Assembly: GCA_024277375.1 (NCBI GenBank)
Contig: JAJRVD010000041.1
Coordinates: 2,323 to 66,322 of the forward strand
DNA: 64,000 nucleotides
Direction of reading: 5' to 3'
Origin: Candidatus Omnitrophota bacterium
GTDB lineage: Bacteria > Omnitrophota > Gorgyraeia > Tantalellales > Tantalellaceae
Shown: positions 1 to 12,618 of the stretch, in pieces
Position numbering within the stretch: position 1 is the first letter of the stretch
Layout: the number at the start of each line of letters is the position of its first letter
Translations under genes and position numbers: made by a program
Notes under the pieces: model-generated
Told to the model about the DNA's origin: nothing
What the model saw: only the letters and a program-made list of their open reading frames with translations
Database searches by the model: none

Positions 1-433
1 CGGTAATCTCGACTTTCATGCGATTGAGAAGCATGTATATTTGTTCCCCCACCGCGGCCGCTAGTGGGTCTACCACTCGTATATCTCCGAATTCCTCCCG
101 GCTTTGGTGATGGTCGATCTCTATTATGGTTCTCGCTCTCCGGATATCGCTATATACTTTCCCAAGCATCTTGCTGGAACTGCAATCAACCGTAATCGCC
201 AAGTCTACATTCTTTGTAAGCTTTTTCACTATTTTGTTTGCCCCGGGAAGGTGTCGGTATTTGTTCGGGACGCCATCCTGGCTGAGCAAATACACTTTTT
301 TGTCTAACTGCTTAAGCCCTTCGGCCAAGGCCAAAAGAGATCCTATCGCGTCTCCGTCAGGATTGATGTGACATGCTATCGCTATGTTCTTAGCTTTAGA
401 AATGTGGTCGGCGGCTTGTTTTAATCCCTGCAT
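1..433 (-). CDS. nrnA: DHH-family phosphoesterase (NrnA-like oligoribonuclease/pAp phosphatase), 5' part only; gene runs off the window edge
   Basis: Minus-strand translation from ATG at 433 reads MQGLKQAADHISKAKNIAIACHINPDGDAIGSLLALAEG...IIEIDHHQSREEFGD, showing DHH motifs I-III. It is absent from the ORF track because no stop lies within the window. Confidence 0.7.
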   Translation of the reverse strand, partial: MQGLKQAADHISKAKNIAIACHINPDGDAIGSLLALAEGLKQLDKKVYLLSQDGVPNKYRHLPGANKIVKKLTKNVDLAITVDCSSSKMLGKVYSDIRRARTIIEIDHHQSREEFGDIRVVDPLAAAVGEQIYMLLNRMKVEIT

Positions 434-512
434 ATTTTTATCGGATGGTTTTTAATCGAAGTTTTTATTCTTTTTTCGCATTGCTATTATAGCACACTTC
501 AGTTCTAACACA

Positions 513-546
513 AAAAACCCCGCCTGAACTTAAGCGGGGTTTTTAA
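513..546. terminator. Bidirectional intrinsic terminator hairpin (CCCCGCctgaacttaaGCGGGG) flanked by A/T runs
   Basis: GC stem with an A5 run on the left and a T5 run on the right, located between two minus-strand genes. Confidence 0.5.
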
Positions 547-574
547 TTAGTTCACACTTGTAAGGCGCGCACTG

Positions 575-808
575 TTACATGGCATTTACAGCCTCTTGGA
601 TCAACGGCAAAACACCTGCTGTTTCTTCTTTTGTCATCCGTCCTAATTTAGTAAACCGGAACTCACCTTGTGTGTTTTTGTTTTCTCTGGTGATCTGAAG
701 TTTTTTAGCTCCCTTATTGTAGGAATACACGCTTACTGTTATTCTGTCATCTTCAGCTTCCCATGTTTTAGAAAACAGGCTTTCATCTAAACTGCGATCG
801 TACGGCAT
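575..808 (-). CDS. Small hypothetical protein, possibly a PC4/YdbC-like ssDNA-binding fold
   Basis: The ORF 575..907 has a strong RBS (GAGGGGGG) before the internal ATG at 808. The sequence is MPYDRSLDESLFSKTWEAEDDRITVSVYSYNKGAKKLQITRENK... A terminator hairpin lies downstream at 513-546. Confidence 0.45.
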   Translation of the reverse strand: MPYDRSLDESLFSKTWEAEDDRITVSVYSYNKGAKKLQITRENKNTQGEFRFTKLGRMTKEETAGVLPLIQEAVNAM

Positions 809-911
809 CTTTCCCCCCTCGGTTATTATATAATTATTTGTATATCTATATATCCTTACTATACTATACAAGAATAATGGCTCAGCCAAAAAAGTCAAGG
901 CCCACATAAAA

Positions 912-1580
912 TTATTTTGTTTTCCGGCCCTTCACTTCCTCTTCCAGTTTCTCTATTAATTCATCTGTTGTTTTCGCTATCCCCGGAGATACTCCCCGGA
1001 TCTCGCCTATTCGTTTTTTTATGCCCCTCAGCAGCCCCGCGAATCGATTTAATATTCCTAGATTTTCTTTTTCCCTTTCTTCGGGTGTTTTTTCCATAGC
1101 GTTCTTTTTTGTCATCACCTTTATCTCTTTTTTAATATCTTTTACGTCTCTCCCCTCTTCCAGGACATACTTTTTTACTTTCGAGAGATCGTTTTTGGAT
1201 ATATCTTCTCTGGCGCTTACTTTCCTTAGTTCATCAACAGCTTCATATGTCGGAACAACAGGGGCTTCAACTTTCTGCTGGTAATCTTTTTGCAAATATT
1301 CCGGTTTTTCTTTTTTCAGGAACATATAGGATCTCACCAGCTTAAACGCTGTATCCTTTCGTATCCCTATCTCCTTTGAGGCAAAAGAATCAAATTCCTC
1401 ATACCCCCAGCTTTTATACATTTTTTGTTTCTGTATCGTGTATAAGATGTGTCCCAGCTCTATCCAGGAGGTTTTAAAATCTCTGGTTTTTTCCAGCACC
1501 TGATACCGCAGAGAAGACGCGTCAATTGTCCCCATTTTTTCTTCAAGATTTTTTATGGCTTTTGTTTTTTTGTTTTCCAC
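912..1580 (-). CDS. Hypothetical protein with an N-terminal HTH-like region and a K/E-rich coiled-coil C-terminus
   Basis: Complete 222-aa ORF with no family confidently recognised. Confidence 0.55.
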   Translation of the reverse strand: MENKKTKAIKNLEEKMGTIDASSLRYQVLEKTRDFKTSWIELGHILYTIQKQKMYKSWGYEEFDSFASKEIGIRKDTAFKLVRSYMFLKKEKPEYLQKDYQQKVEAPVVPTYEAVDELRKVSAREDISKNDLSKVKKYVLEEGRDVKDIKKEIKVMTKKNAMEKTPEEREKENLGILNRFAGLLRGIKKRIGEIRGVSPGIAKTTDELIEKLEEEVKGRKTK

Positions 1581-1602
1581 TCGCTATCCTTTCTCTGCGG
1601 CC

Positions 1603-2502
1603 CTATTTGATCTGACCGACCAGCTCTATAACGGTATCCATCGGCTCTACAACCGAATATCCGGAGTTTTCAAAATCGACGTTTGTGTATCCGTGCTTGA
1701 CGTTAAGCCATTCCTCTTCAAAGGGGATAAACTGCGTAACGATCCCGATCGGTAGAAACCTTTTTTTCGCGAGACCCACGTCTTCCACTTCGATGCACGG
1801 GCCGCCGCTATTGCCGTAATACGCCGGGCAGTCCAATATAATGGTTTTGTTTTTATTGTTTTTCCCCGCTATTATTCCTTTCCTGAGAAGCGGTTTTGTG
1901 TAATCGATCTGCGGGATCTGTTTGATCCCCAAAGATGTGGGATACCCAAAAATAAAAACATCGTTGGAGAGAGAAACTTCATTATACTTTTTCACTTCTT
2001 TCAGATCTATTACGATGATCTCTCCCTTCGTTTCTCCTTCTTTTTGAAAAACCCCCTTCGCGTATTTAAGCCCCTTTTTCCCGCCTTTGGTGACTACATC
2101 CGCTATCTTCATCACAACAACATCTTTAGTGGGGTGTATCTTCATGTTTTCCCGGTCCCAGAGAGACTGCAGATCAAGTGAAACAATTATAGATTCGTCC
2201 AGCTCCAGAGGAAAAGCTTGCGCCAACAAAACCGCTTTTCTGCTCTTTAGAATAAGTCCTTGTCCGGATGTTCTTTGATTGAACAAAATGTGTTTTGCCG
2301 TAACAAAAAATAGTTTCTCGTCCAGCCCTCTTACATAAAACCCGGTCGCGTTAGATCCGTCTTCCAGGATAACCTGCACAGGATAACACAAATTATTGTC
2401 CGGGAGCGCGGTTGCTTCCGCCCCTTTCCTCGGAACAAGCGCCATAGAAACAAAAAGAATAACAAAAAAATACACACTTATCTTCTTCTTTATTTTTTTC
2501 AT
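1603..2502 (-). CDS. Secreted trypsin-like (S1 family) serine protease
   Basis: N-terminal signal peptide MKKIKKKISVYFFVILFVSMALVP. The catalytic Ser motif GNSGGP is present (YYGNSGGPCIEVED). Confidence 0.7.
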   Translation of the reverse strand: MKKIKKKISVYFFVILFVSMALVPRKGAEATALPDNNLCYPVQVILEDGSNATGFYVRGLDEKLFFVTAKHILFNQRTSGQGLILKSRKAVLLAQAFPLELDESIIVSLDLQSLWDRENMKIHPTKDVVVMKIADVVTKGGKKGLKYAKGVFQKEGETKGEIIVIDLKEVKKYNEVSLSNDVFIFGYPTSLGIKQIPQIDYTKPLLRKGIIAGKNNKNKTIILDCPAYYGNSGGPCIEVEDVGLAKKRFLPIGIVTQFIPFEEEWLNVKHGYTNVDFENSGYSVVEPMDTVIELVGQIK

Positions 2503-2521
2503 TTTTCCCTCTTTTTTTTGT

Positions 2522-2791
2522 TTAGGGGTTAAAGTCTATTTTTCCGGTTTCCGGCAGGTTCTTCTTTGCTTCTTCAAGTTTCTCTCTGGGATCCCTTTGT
2601 GCTTCTCTTCTTCTTTCGGCGTCTTTTACTTGTCTTTCCAGCCGCGCCATAAACCGTGCTCTCTGCTCCTCGCTCGCCTTTGTTTGCGCCTTTTTCAAGT
2701 CTCCTGACACCAAAAACACTACCGCTCCGACCACAACCAGGACAATAACGGCAAATATGATCAATTCTTTTTTTGTTCTTCCTTCTATCAC
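2522..2791 (-). CDS. Small membrane-anchored hypothetical protein (one TM helix plus a charged coiled coil)
   Basis: 89-aa ORF with a hydrophobic stretch IIFAVIVLVVVGAVVFLV followed by an R/E-rich tail. Confidence 0.45.
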   Translation of the reverse strand: MIEGRTKKELIIFAVIVLVVVGAVVFLVSGDLKKAQTKASEEQRARFMARLERQVKDAERRREAQRDPREKLEEAKKNLPETGKIDFNP

Positions 2792-3183
2792 TGTTTATTT
2801 CCTTCGTTTTTTCTCCGCAGCCATTTTTTATGCAAGAAGTTAAATATCCATCCTTTTTCCTCTTTTTTAAGCTTTATTCCCATTTTATAATGTTGTCCGC
2901 CGAATCGATCGCCATCGCTCAGCCACACGATCTCACCTTTCGCTATCGCGGGAGCGCTTCCATCCGGGGACATCAATTCGATCTCCACTTCGACACCTTC
3001 CGGGATCGCGCTTTTACACGTAATCCCCAACCCTTCTTTGCTGAAGTTGTTTAGTTCAACTTCCGGTTTATTCGTTATTTTGGGGCACAGCCCGTTCAAC
3101 GCCATATTAAACCGTTCGTGTTCCCTGTATTCTTTCATAATACGCTCCCATATAACTTCATGATCATGTTTAGCTTCTTTCAT
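2788..3183 (-). CDS. PilZ-domain (c-di-GMP binding) protein
   Basis: An RxxxR motif (REHER) and a D/NxSxxG motif (NFSKEGLG) occur at PilZ-like spacing in a 131-aa protein. Confidence 0.5.
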   Translation of the reverse strand: MKEAKHDHEVIWERIMKEYREHERFNMALNGLCPKITNKPEVELNNFSKEGLGITCKSAIPEGVEVEIELMSPDGSAPAIAKGEIVWLSDGDRFGGQHYKMGIKLKKEEKGWIFNFLHKKWLRRKNEGNKQ

Positions 3184-3309
3184 AGCAGGGGCACGGCGCG
3201 CCGTGCCCCTGCCCTCATCAGAAAAGTATACTATACTTCTATTTTAAAGCAAGCTTGAAGACCTATAAACAAAAGGCCCGGTTCCTTACGGAATCGGGCC
3301 TTTTAAAAA

Positions 3310-3386
3310 TGGCGAGGCGGATGGGGTTCGAACCCACGACCTTCGGATCGACAGTCCGATGCTCTAACCAGCTGAGCTACCGCCCC
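3310..3386 (-). tRNA. tRNA-Asp (GTC)
   Basis: Reverse complement is GGGGCGGTAGCTCAGCTGGTTAGAGCATCGGACTGTCGATCCGAAGG...GGTTCGAACCCCATCCGCCTCGCCA. The cloverleaf has anticodon GTC and a 3' CCA. Confidence 0.9.
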
Positions 3387-3473
3387 TTAAAAGTCCATCT
3401 TTTATATCATAGAACCGGTCTCTCGTCAATTTCTTTTCCTTCATGCCCGGTCGCGAAGGGATCCCCCCAGGAG

Positions 3474-3589
3474 GCTGTGTCGTAATTCGTTTTGCGGATG
3501 GCCGTATGCAATATATTATATCGGGTTCGATCCATCGAACCCGATATAACGGGCTTGATAAATCAAGCCCCTACATTATGACACAGCCT
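3474..3589 (-). mobile_element. MITE-like repeat, copy 1, inverted orientation, with one internal hairpin variant
   Basis: GGCTGTGTCGTAATTCG...GGGCTTGATAAATCAAGCCCCTACATTATGACACAGCC; member of a 12-copy family in this window. Confidence 0.8.
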
Positions 3590-3617
3590 GTAGAGAGGGT
3601 TCTGTTCTACAGAAAAA

Positions 3618-3661
3618 GGGGCCAGTCCACGCGCTCGCTTTGCTCGCTTGGGACAGTCCCC
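3618..3661. repeat. GGGGACAGTCC-type hairpin element, copy a; acts as a bidirectional terminator after tRNA-Val
   Basis: GGGGCCAGTCCACGCGCTCGCTTTGCTCGCTTGGGACAGTCCCC with A5 on one side and T6 on the other. Homologous copies lie at 34277-34335 and 40017-40058. Confidence 0.6.
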
Positions 3662-3676
3662 TTTTTTCCGTTAAAC

Positions 3677-3754
3677 TGGTGGGCGATGTAGGAGTCGAAC
3701 CTACGACATCTACCTTGTAAGGGTAGCGCTCTAGACCAACTGAGCTAATCGCCC
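3677..3754 (-). tRNA. tRNA-Val (TAC)
   Basis: Reverse complement is GGGCGATTAGCTCAGTTGGTCTAGAGCGCTACCCTTACAAGGTAG...GGTTCGACTCCTACATCGCCCACCA. Anticodon TAC. Confidence 0.9.
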
Positions 3755-3808
3755 TATATAAAATTCGTAACGGCTATTATAGCCTAGACCCTTGTCGCGG
3801 TCAAGCTT

Positions 3809-6328
3809 CTACTCCTTCTCTTCGGATCGTTCGCCGCCGGAAGCGTCTCCCTCTTCCTTCTGGGGGCTTAGTCCAGCCGCCTGTTCTTCCGCCTCGTCCT
3901 CTTCTTCTTTCGCGATAACCTTAGCAATATCCGTTAATTTGTCAGCTGCCTTTAAGTTTATAACTCTAACTCCTTGAGTAGATCGACCTATATTGCTTAT
4001 CCCGTTAACCGGAACTCTTACCACCATCCCCGCTTTTGACATTAGCATTACGTGGTTCTCTTCGCGTACGCTTCTGATCCCGACAACCGGCCCGTTCTTT
4101 TCAACTATCTTAAGGTTTATAACACCGCTTCCCCCGCGGGATTGCATTCTATACGCGTCGAATTCTGTCCTTTTTCCGAACCCTTTTTGGGTAACCGTTA
4201 AAAGCGTTCCATCCGGATCGGTTTTCACCATGCCCACAACAATATCTTTCTTTTTAAGGCTTATGCCTTTAACACCTTGCGCGCCTCGTCCCATGGACCT
4301 GATGTCTTTTTCTCTAAACTTGATCGCTTTCCCGCTTTCGGTGGCTAGACAGATCTCGTCCTCTCCGTTGGATAGAAGAGATTCTATAAGCTTGTCTCCT
4401 TTTCCGAGGGTGATGGATATTATTCCGCCTTTCCGCGGGTTACTAAATGCTTTAAGTGGTGTCTTTTTTATCTTTCCCTGCTCGGTCGCCATAACAACAT
4501 ACTGCCCTTCATGAAATTCTCTCACAGGAACAACGGATGTTATCTTTTCGTCTTGTGAGATCCCGATAAGGTTGACTATAGGCCGGCCTTTTGTTCTCCT
4601 GCCCGCTTGAGGAATAGTGTGCACTTTTAACCAGTGCAGTTTCCCTTCCGAGGTAAAGATCAGCATATAGTCATGCGTTGAGGCAACAAACAAATGTTCA
4701 ATAAAGTCTTCTTCTTTTGTTTCCGCGCCGGTCACACCTTTTCCTCCGCGCCGTTGTTTTTTGTACGCGCTCACCGGAAATCGCTTGATATATCCGGCGT
4801 GACTTATCGTAATTACCATGTCTTCCTCGGCAATAAGATCTTCTATGTCTATGTCTTCAGCCGCCGCGGTTATTTCCGTGCGTCTTCTGTCTCCGAACTT
4901 CTCTTTTACCTCAACGGTCTCATCTCTTATTATTTTCATCACTTTCTGGTCGCTCGCGAGGATCCCTTTAAGCTTTTCTATAAGTTTTAAAAGCGTCAGA
5001 TATTCATCTTCGATTTTTTTTGTCTCAAGGCCCGTAAGTTGCTGCAACCTCATAGCGAGTATCGCCAGTGCCTGTCGTTCCGAAAGACCGAACTTTTTAA
5101 TAAGGTCTTCTTTCGCGGCCTCCGGATCTTTCGATTTCTTTATCAGCTTTATTACTTCGTCCAGATTGTCCAGGGCGATCTTTAAGCCTTCAAGAATATG
5201 CGCTCTTTCTTCCGCTTTTGCCAAATCGAATTTTGTCCTGCGAACAATGACTTCTTTTCTGTGTTTAATAAAAAGCTCCAAAACTTCTTTCAGGCTTAAC
5301 ACCCGAGGCTCTCCGTCGACTATGGCCAACATTATCACACCAAAGCTATCTTTCATCTGTGTGTGCTTGAACAGCTGGTTCATGACCACTTCCGCGTTAG
5401 CCCCTCTTTTGATGTCTACCACTATTCTCATGCCATCTCTGTCAGACTCATCTCTTATATCTGAGATGCCATCAACTTTTTTGTTTTTGACAAGATCCGC
5501 GATAGCCGTGATCAATTTGGCCTTGTTGACCTGGTACGGGATCTCTGAAACTATGAGAGCTTCTCTTCCCTGCTTCTTCTGTTCTGTATGCACTTTAGCG
5601 TGAAGTTTTAAATACCCTCTTCCCGTAAGATACGCTTTACGTATACCGTCACGCCCGCAGATAAGAGCACCTGTCGGAAAATCCGGACCGGTAACTATTT
5701 TTAGCAGGTCCTCGATGGGGCACGCGGGTTCATCTATTACGTGACATACCGCGTCAGCGATCTCTGTCAAGTTGTGCGGCGGAATGTTTGTCGCCATCCC
5801 TACCGCTATTCCGCTGGAGCCGTTAAGAAGAAGGTTGGGGAGAACGGCAGGCAGAACCGTCGGCTCTTGAAGCGATCCGTCAAAGTTAGGTCTCCATTCT
5901 ATTGTTTTTTTCTCTATGTCTTTCATCATCCATTCGGAGATCTGCTGCATTCTGGCTTCGGTATACCTCATCGCCGCGGCTGAATCGCCGTCTACAGACC
6001 CGAAGTTGCCTTGCCCGTTCACCAGCGGGTATCTAAGCGAAAACTCTTGTACCATGCGCACCAGAGCGTCATAAACCGCGCTGTCGCCATGCGGATGATA
6101 TTTACCCAAAACTTCACCAACGATCCTCGCGCATTTTTTGTAAGCTTTGTTGTGCACTATCCCCATATCTTTCATGGCGTATAAGATACGTCTGTGTACG
6201 GGCTTTAAGCCATCCCTGACGTCGGGTAAAGCGCGCCCCACAATTACGCTCATGGCGTAATTGATGTAGGAGTTCTTCATTTCTTCTTCAATATGTATCG
6301 GTATTATTCTCTCGTTCTGCGTATACAT
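3809..6328 (-). CDS. gyrA: DNA gyrase subunit A
   Basis: 839-aa ORF with the N-terminal GyrA signature ([28 protein letters not shown]) and a C-terminal beta-pinwheel. Confidence 0.97.
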   Translation of the reverse strand: MYTQNERIIPIHIEEEMKNSYINYAMSVIVGRALPDVRDGLKPVHRRILYAMKDMGIVHNKAYKKCARIVGEVLGKYHPHGDSAVYDALVRMVQEFSLRYPLVNGQGNFGSVDGDSAAAMRYTEARMQQISEWMMKDIEKKTIEWRPNFDGSLQEPTVLPAVLPNLLLNGSSGIAVGMATNIPPHNLTEIADAVCHVIDEPACPIEDLLKIVTGPDFPTGALICGRDGIRKAYLTGRGYLKLHAKVHTEQKKQGREALIVSEIPYQVNKAKLITAIADLVKNKKVDGISDIRDESDRDGMRIVVDIKRGANAEVVMNQLFKHTQMKDSFGVIMLAIVDGEPRVLSLKEVLELFIKHRKEVIVRRTKFDLAKAEERAHILEGLKIALDNLDEVIKLIKKSKDPEAAKEDLIKKFGLSERQALAILAMRLQQLTGLETKKIEDEYLTLLKLIEKLKGILASDQKVMKIIRDETVEVKEKFGDRRRTEITAAAEDIDIEDLIAEEDMVITISHAGYIKRFPVSAYKKQRRGGKGVTGAETKEEDFIEHLFVASTHDYMLIFTSEGKLHWLKVHTIPQAGRRTKGRPIVNLIGISQDEKITSVVPVREFHEGQYVVMATEQGKIKKTPLKAFSNPRKGGIISITLGKGDKLIESLLSNGEDEICLATESGKAIKFREKDIRSMGRGAQGVKGISLKKKDIVVGMVKTDPDGTLLTVTQKGFGKRTEFDAYRMQSRGGSGVINLKIVEKNGPVVGIRSVREENHVMLMSKAGMVVRVPVNGISNIGRSTQGVRVINLKAADKLTDIAKVIAKEEEDEAEEQAAGLSPQKEEGDASGGERSEEKE

Positions 6329-6387
6329 TTATTTTCCTTTCTTTTCCTTTAGTGAAGATTGCTGCGTCGCTCCGCTCCTCGCGATCA

Positions 6388-6506
6388 GACTGTGTCATAA
6401 CGTAGGGGCTTGATTCATCAAGCCCTTTATCTCGGGTTCGATAAATCGAACCCCTACAATATATTGTTTTCTCCGGCCAGCCGCAAAACAAATTACGACA
6501 CAATCC
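6388..6506 (+). mobile_element. MITE-like repeat, copy 2
   Basis: GACTGTGTCATAACGTAGGGGCTTGATTCATCAAGCCC..GGGTTCGATAAATCGAACCCCTAC...AATTACGACACAATCC. Confidence 0.8.
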
Positions 6507-6521
6507 GAATGACAGGGCACT

Positions 6522-9029
<2,508 letters not shown>

Positions 9030-9035
9030 TTATTT

Positions 9036-9353
9036 TTATCTTTCGTCGTTATTTTCCGGGCCGCCCACTCTAAATCTTATATCTTTCGCTTTTTTTCTTC
9101 CCGTATAGTTTTTGTTAAACTTTTCTATTATTTTTCTTTTTTCAAGCGTAAGCTTATACAGCCTTGTTGAGTTTTCAACAATAACCGTTAATACCCCGTT
9201 TTTTAAACTTACCGGATACGCTTGCTGTAAGTCTTTTTCCGCCACAGCTGTTTGCCAGGCAGCTTTTACCGCGGCTCCTTTTTTTACATTACCTGTCTCC
9301 CATTTCTGTAGGAGACCGTCGACGATCCCTTTTATGTGCGGCGTGTGTCTCAT
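9036..9353 (-). CDS. DUF721/DciA-like small protein, in the position typical between dnaN and gyrB
   Basis: 105 aa. The pattern VSLKNGVLTVIVENSTRLYKLTLEKRKIIEKFN matches the DUF721 consensus, and the gene sits in the dnaA-dnaN-X-gyrB slot. Confidence 0.55.
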   Translation of the reverse strand: MRHTPHIKGIVDGLLQKWETGNVKKGAAVKAAWQTAVAEKDLQQAYPVSLKNGVLTVIVENSTRLYKLTLEKRKIIEKFNKNYTGRKKAKDIRFRVGGPENNDER

Positions 9354-9356
9354 GTT

Positions 9357-10460
9357 TTACGCGGCCAACTGCATCGGTAGGATCACATAGGTGTAGTCTT
9401 CTCCTCTTCTTATTACTCCGGGTTTATTGGCGTCATTCACCTCAAAGATTATCTCTTCCTCTGAAAGGCTTTTTAAGACATCTATTAAGTACCTCGGGTT
9501 AAATCCGATCTCAAGGTCGTCGCCTCCGGTATAGCTTGCCTCCAACTCTTCGCGTGCCTCTCCGAGATATGGTGTGTTTTTTAATATTGTCATTTTCTTT
9601 TTCTTTATGCTTAGCTTTATCGCCATCGAGTCCTGATCGGTGAAAATGTTAGCGCGTCGTGCCGCGGATAGAAAGGCTTCCCTTGAAACCGTTATTTCTT
9701 TGGATGATTTTTCCGGTATAACTTTTTTATAGTTAGGATATTCTCCTTCTATAAGCCTCGAGAGAACAAAACATCCAGGGAACGCGAACAGCACCTGGTT
9801 GTCGCTAAACTTTATTTGGACCTCCCCCTCGTCAGTAAGCATCCTTTTAACTTCTTGAACTGTTTTTGTCGGTATAACGACTTCTCTGTCTACCAGGGTT
9901 TTCTTTGGCAGTGTTTTGTTTATTGCCGCCAGTCTCCTTCCGTCTGTTGCCACTACACTTACTTTGTCTCCTTTAACAAGAAGAAGAACACCGTTCAAGA
10001 TAAACCTGGTATCATCCCTGCTTATCGCGAAATCCGTTAAACTGAACATCTCTTTTAATTTGGATTGGTCAATGGTAACGGAGTCTTTATCTTTAAAAAC
10101 AGGTAGTTGTGGAAATTCTTCTTTAGGGAGCCCTATCACTTTGAAGGTAGCTTTTCCGCTTTTTATGCCTACAAAGTTGTTCTTTTTTATGGATATGGCT
10201 ATTTCGCTTCCATCAGGAAGAGCTTTAACTATGTCAAAGAATTTTCTGGCAGGAACAGTGATCGCCCCTGCCTGCTCCACATTCGCCTCGACTGTAGCGC
10301 AGATCCCTATATCTAGGTCTGTTGCTGTTAGTTTAAGTTCGCCTTTAGAGACTTCTATCAGCACGTTACTTAGAATGGGTAAACTACTTTTTTGTGAAAC
10401 AGCATTCTGTACTGTTTGAATGCCTTCTATTAACTGTTCTTTTTGAATTGTCAGTTCCAT
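9357..10460 (-). CDS. dnaN: DNA polymerase III beta sliding clamp
   Basis: MELTIQKEQLIEGIQTVQNAV..., with the start ATG at 10460 preceded by an AGGAGGG RBS. The ORF track extends to a non-ATG start at 10490. Confidence 0.95.
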   Translation of the reverse strand: MELTIQKEQLIEGIQTVQNAVSQKSSLPILSNVLIEVSKGELKLTATDLDIGICATVEANVEQAGAITVPARKFFDIVKALPDGSEIAISIKKNNFVGIKSGKATFKVIGLPKEEFPQLPVFKDKDSVTIDQSKLKEMFSLTDFAISRDDTRFILNGVLLLVKGDKVSVVATDGRRLAAINKTLPKKTLVDREVVIPTKTVQEVKRMLTDEGEVQIKFSDNQVLFAFPGCFVLSRLIEGEYPNYKKVIPEKSSKEITVSREAFLSAARRANIFTDQDSMAIKLSIKKKKMTILKNTPYLGEAREELEASYTGGDDLEIGFNPRYLIDVLKSLSEEEIIFEVNDANKPGVIRRGEDYTYVILPMQLAA

Positions 10461-10563
10461 TTTTCCCTCCTGGTTCTCTTTAAACACCAACCCACTGTAT
10501 TACTGTTCTGTTATTCTATTTAAAAAAACAGTAGTCTTAGTTTTAGTAATGTAGGTGTTTTTC

Positions 10564-10689
10564 TGTGGATAACTCCGTAAATTATGATTAATGTATGTTT
10601 TACGTAAAAAAAAACCTGTGGACATCTAGTCCTCTTGTTGTGCGTAATGTGGATAAACCTATGAAGAGTTGTCCACAAGAAATCCACAA
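10564..10689. promoter_or_regulatory. Cluster of DnaA boxes in the dnaA-dnaN intergenic region
   Basis: TGTGGATAA at 10564-10572 and 10648-10656, TTGTCCACA at 10669-10677 and AATCCACAA at 10681-10689. Confidence 0.55.
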
Positions 10690-10696
10690 GAAAAAC

Positions 10697-12097
10697 CTAT
10701 CCTTTAATTTTAATAATTATTTTATCAACAATATTTTTGGTGGTCTCGTTAGAGGCCACTTCTTTGCTTATTTTATCAAAAGCGTGAAGAACCGTTGTAT
10801 GGTCTCTTCCGCCGAAAAAGCCACCTATATCAGGAAACGAATGGTCTGTTAAGTTTCTAGAAAGATACATCGCGATCTGTCGCGGATACGCTACAGCACG
10901 GCTTCTTTTTTTTGTTTTCATGTCAGAGGCCTTAATGTCAAAAAAGTCCACTACAACCTGTTGTATAAGGTCTATGGTGATCTTTTTTTCCTCGGCCGAG
11001 ATCATACCCTTGAGAACCTCTTTAGCTAGAGCAACGGTCATAGGTTCGCCCGTGAGGTTAGAGTAAGCAGCAACACGTATAAGGGCCCCTTCCATTTCTC
11101 TGATATTCGTTTTTATGTGCTCCCCCAGGAAAAAGAGGACGGGCTTTGGTACCTCAACAGCCTCAAGCTCACTTTTCTTCTCCATAATTGCCACTCTGGT
11201 TTCAAAATCAGGCATTTGTACATCGGCGACCAAACCCCAGGCAAAGCGGGAAATAAGGCGTTCTTCAAGGTCGGGAATCTCCGGAGGAGGACGATCACTA
11301 CAAAGAACGATCTGTTTATGAGCATCATGCAGAGCATTGAAAGTATGAAAGAACTCCTCCTGGGTAGCGTCTTTGCCGGCAATAAACTGGATGTCATCTA
11401 TCAGAAGAACATCAACGTTTCTATACATCGCGCGGAACTTAGGAGTAGTCTTTGTGCGAATGGCGGAGATAAGCTGATTGGTGAATTCCTCGCTGGACAT
11501 GTAAAGCACTTTGGCTCGCGGATGCTTTTCCAGAAGAGCATGGCCCAGAGATTGCATCAAATGGGTTTTTCCAAGACCTACCCCACCATACAGGAACAAA
11601 GGGTTATAGGTTTTAGAGACTTTATCACAAACCGCCTGTGCCGCGGCGTAAGCAAAACGGTTGCTTTGACCGACAACGAAAGAATCAAAAGTATATTTGG
11701 GATTAAGGCCGCTTTGCTGATAATTTCCCTCGGGCATTTGTTTTGTCCCGGAAAAAACAGACTTAAGCCAGCCCAGAGGCTTATCTTTGGAGTCTGGAGG
11801 CGAGAGCACAGTAGTCTCCGGAGAATCCGCGGTCTCCGATGTTGTTTCGGCCGGAGGGGTATCAATAAGCTGAAAGGTAATAGAAAAGTTTTTACCACCG
11901 GCTTGATCCAGCGCGGTTTTTATTAGATTGAAATACTTGTCCCGGATCCAATTCTCAAAGAATTTGTTGGGAACGCCCAAAGTAACGGCGGAATCTTCAA
12001 GTTTAACGGTTTGAATAGGAGCGAACCAGGCGCCAAACACCTGTTCGTTCACTTCAGATCTAAGAGTAGCGAGGGCTTTTTCCCAGAGTTTATCCAT
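10697..12097 (-). CDS. dnaA: Chromosomal replication initiator DnaA
   Basis: AAA+ Walker A GGVGLGKTHL and C-terminal DNA-binding domain. ATG at 12097 (MDKLWEK); the ORF track starts at TTG 12106. Confidence 0.97.
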   Translation of the reverse strand: MDKLWEKALATLRSEVNEQVFGAWFAPIQTVKLEDSAVTLGVPNKFFENWIRDKYFNLIKTALDQAGGKNFSITFQLIDTPPAETTSETADSPETTVLSPPDSKDKPLGWLKSVFSGTKQMPEGNYQQSGLNPKYTFDSFVVGQSNRFAYAAAQAVCDKVSKTYNPLFLYGGVGLGKTHLMQSLGHALLEKHPRAKVLYMSSEEFTNQLISAIRTKTTPKFRAMYRNVDVLLIDDIQFIAGKDATQEEFFHTFNALHDAHKQIVLCSDRPPPEIPDLEERLISRFAWGLVADVQMPDFETRVAIMEKKSELEAVEVPKPVLFFLGEHIKTNIREMEGALIRVAAYSNLTGEPMTVALAKEVLKGMISAEEKKITIDLIQQVVVDFFDIKASDMKTKKRSRAVAYPRQIAMYLSRNLTDHSFPDIGGFFGGRDHTTVLHAFDKISKEVASNETTKNIVDKIIIKIKG

Positions 12098-12106
12098 AAA
12101 AAACAA

Positions 12107-12478
12107 AAGTCCGAAAGTTATCCAAAAGTATCAACAAAAAAAACAGGTTTATCCACCGGAAACAAACCACCTATCAACAGGTTATCCACAGGGTGTGAGT
12201 AACAAACAGTCGCCTTCCCGTATGGAGACCTTATTATATACAGAAGGGAAGACCTTTGCAAGTAAATTTTATGAAGAAATAGAACGAAAAAAGGGGTTGA
12301 CGTGGGCGCCTTGTATGATATAATCAGTGGTTGTATTTTTTGGGAAAGCAATAATAAGGGCGGAGATCCTTCGGCTTGACCTCGTTAACCCCGGTCTCGC
12401 TCAGGATAAAGTCGGTCATACAACTTATGTCGCTTTGCTCCATAAGTTGTATGACCTCATTCAATAAGGAGTTTTTAA
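12107..12478. other. Candidate oriC: an AT-rich region with DnaA boxes between dnaA and rpmH, ending in a perfect 16-bp inverted repeat
   Basis: TTATCCAAA at 12117, TTATCCACC at 12149 and TTATCCACA at 12182. A perfect palindrome GGTCATACAACTTATG...CATAAGTTGTATGACC lies at 12396-12447. The canonical dnaA/rpmH divergent arrangement is present. Confidence 0.55.
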
Positions 12479-12616
12479 GTGAAGAAAAATCTCAAACTGA
12501 AATCAAATCTGAAAAGAAAAAGAAAACATGGCTTTCGGGAAAGAAGCAGTTCTAAGGGCGGCCAGGATATCTTAAGCAGACGTCGTCGTAAAGGACGAAA
12601 AGTGCTGTCCGCGTAA
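12479..12616 (+). CDS. rpmH: 50S ribosomal protein L34
   Basis: GTG start after an AAGGAG RBS. Translation is [45 protein letters not shown]. Not in the ORF track because the product is under 60 aa. Confidence 0.85.
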   Translation: MKKNLKLKSNLKRKRKHGFRERSSSKGGQDILSRRRRKGRKVLSA

Positions 12617-12618
12617 GA

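Noticed and set aside
104-371. Plus-strand ORFs 104..307 and 126..371
   Set aside because: They overlap the antisense strand of a well-supported DHH/NrnA-like gene (1..433, minus) and have low-complexity translations.
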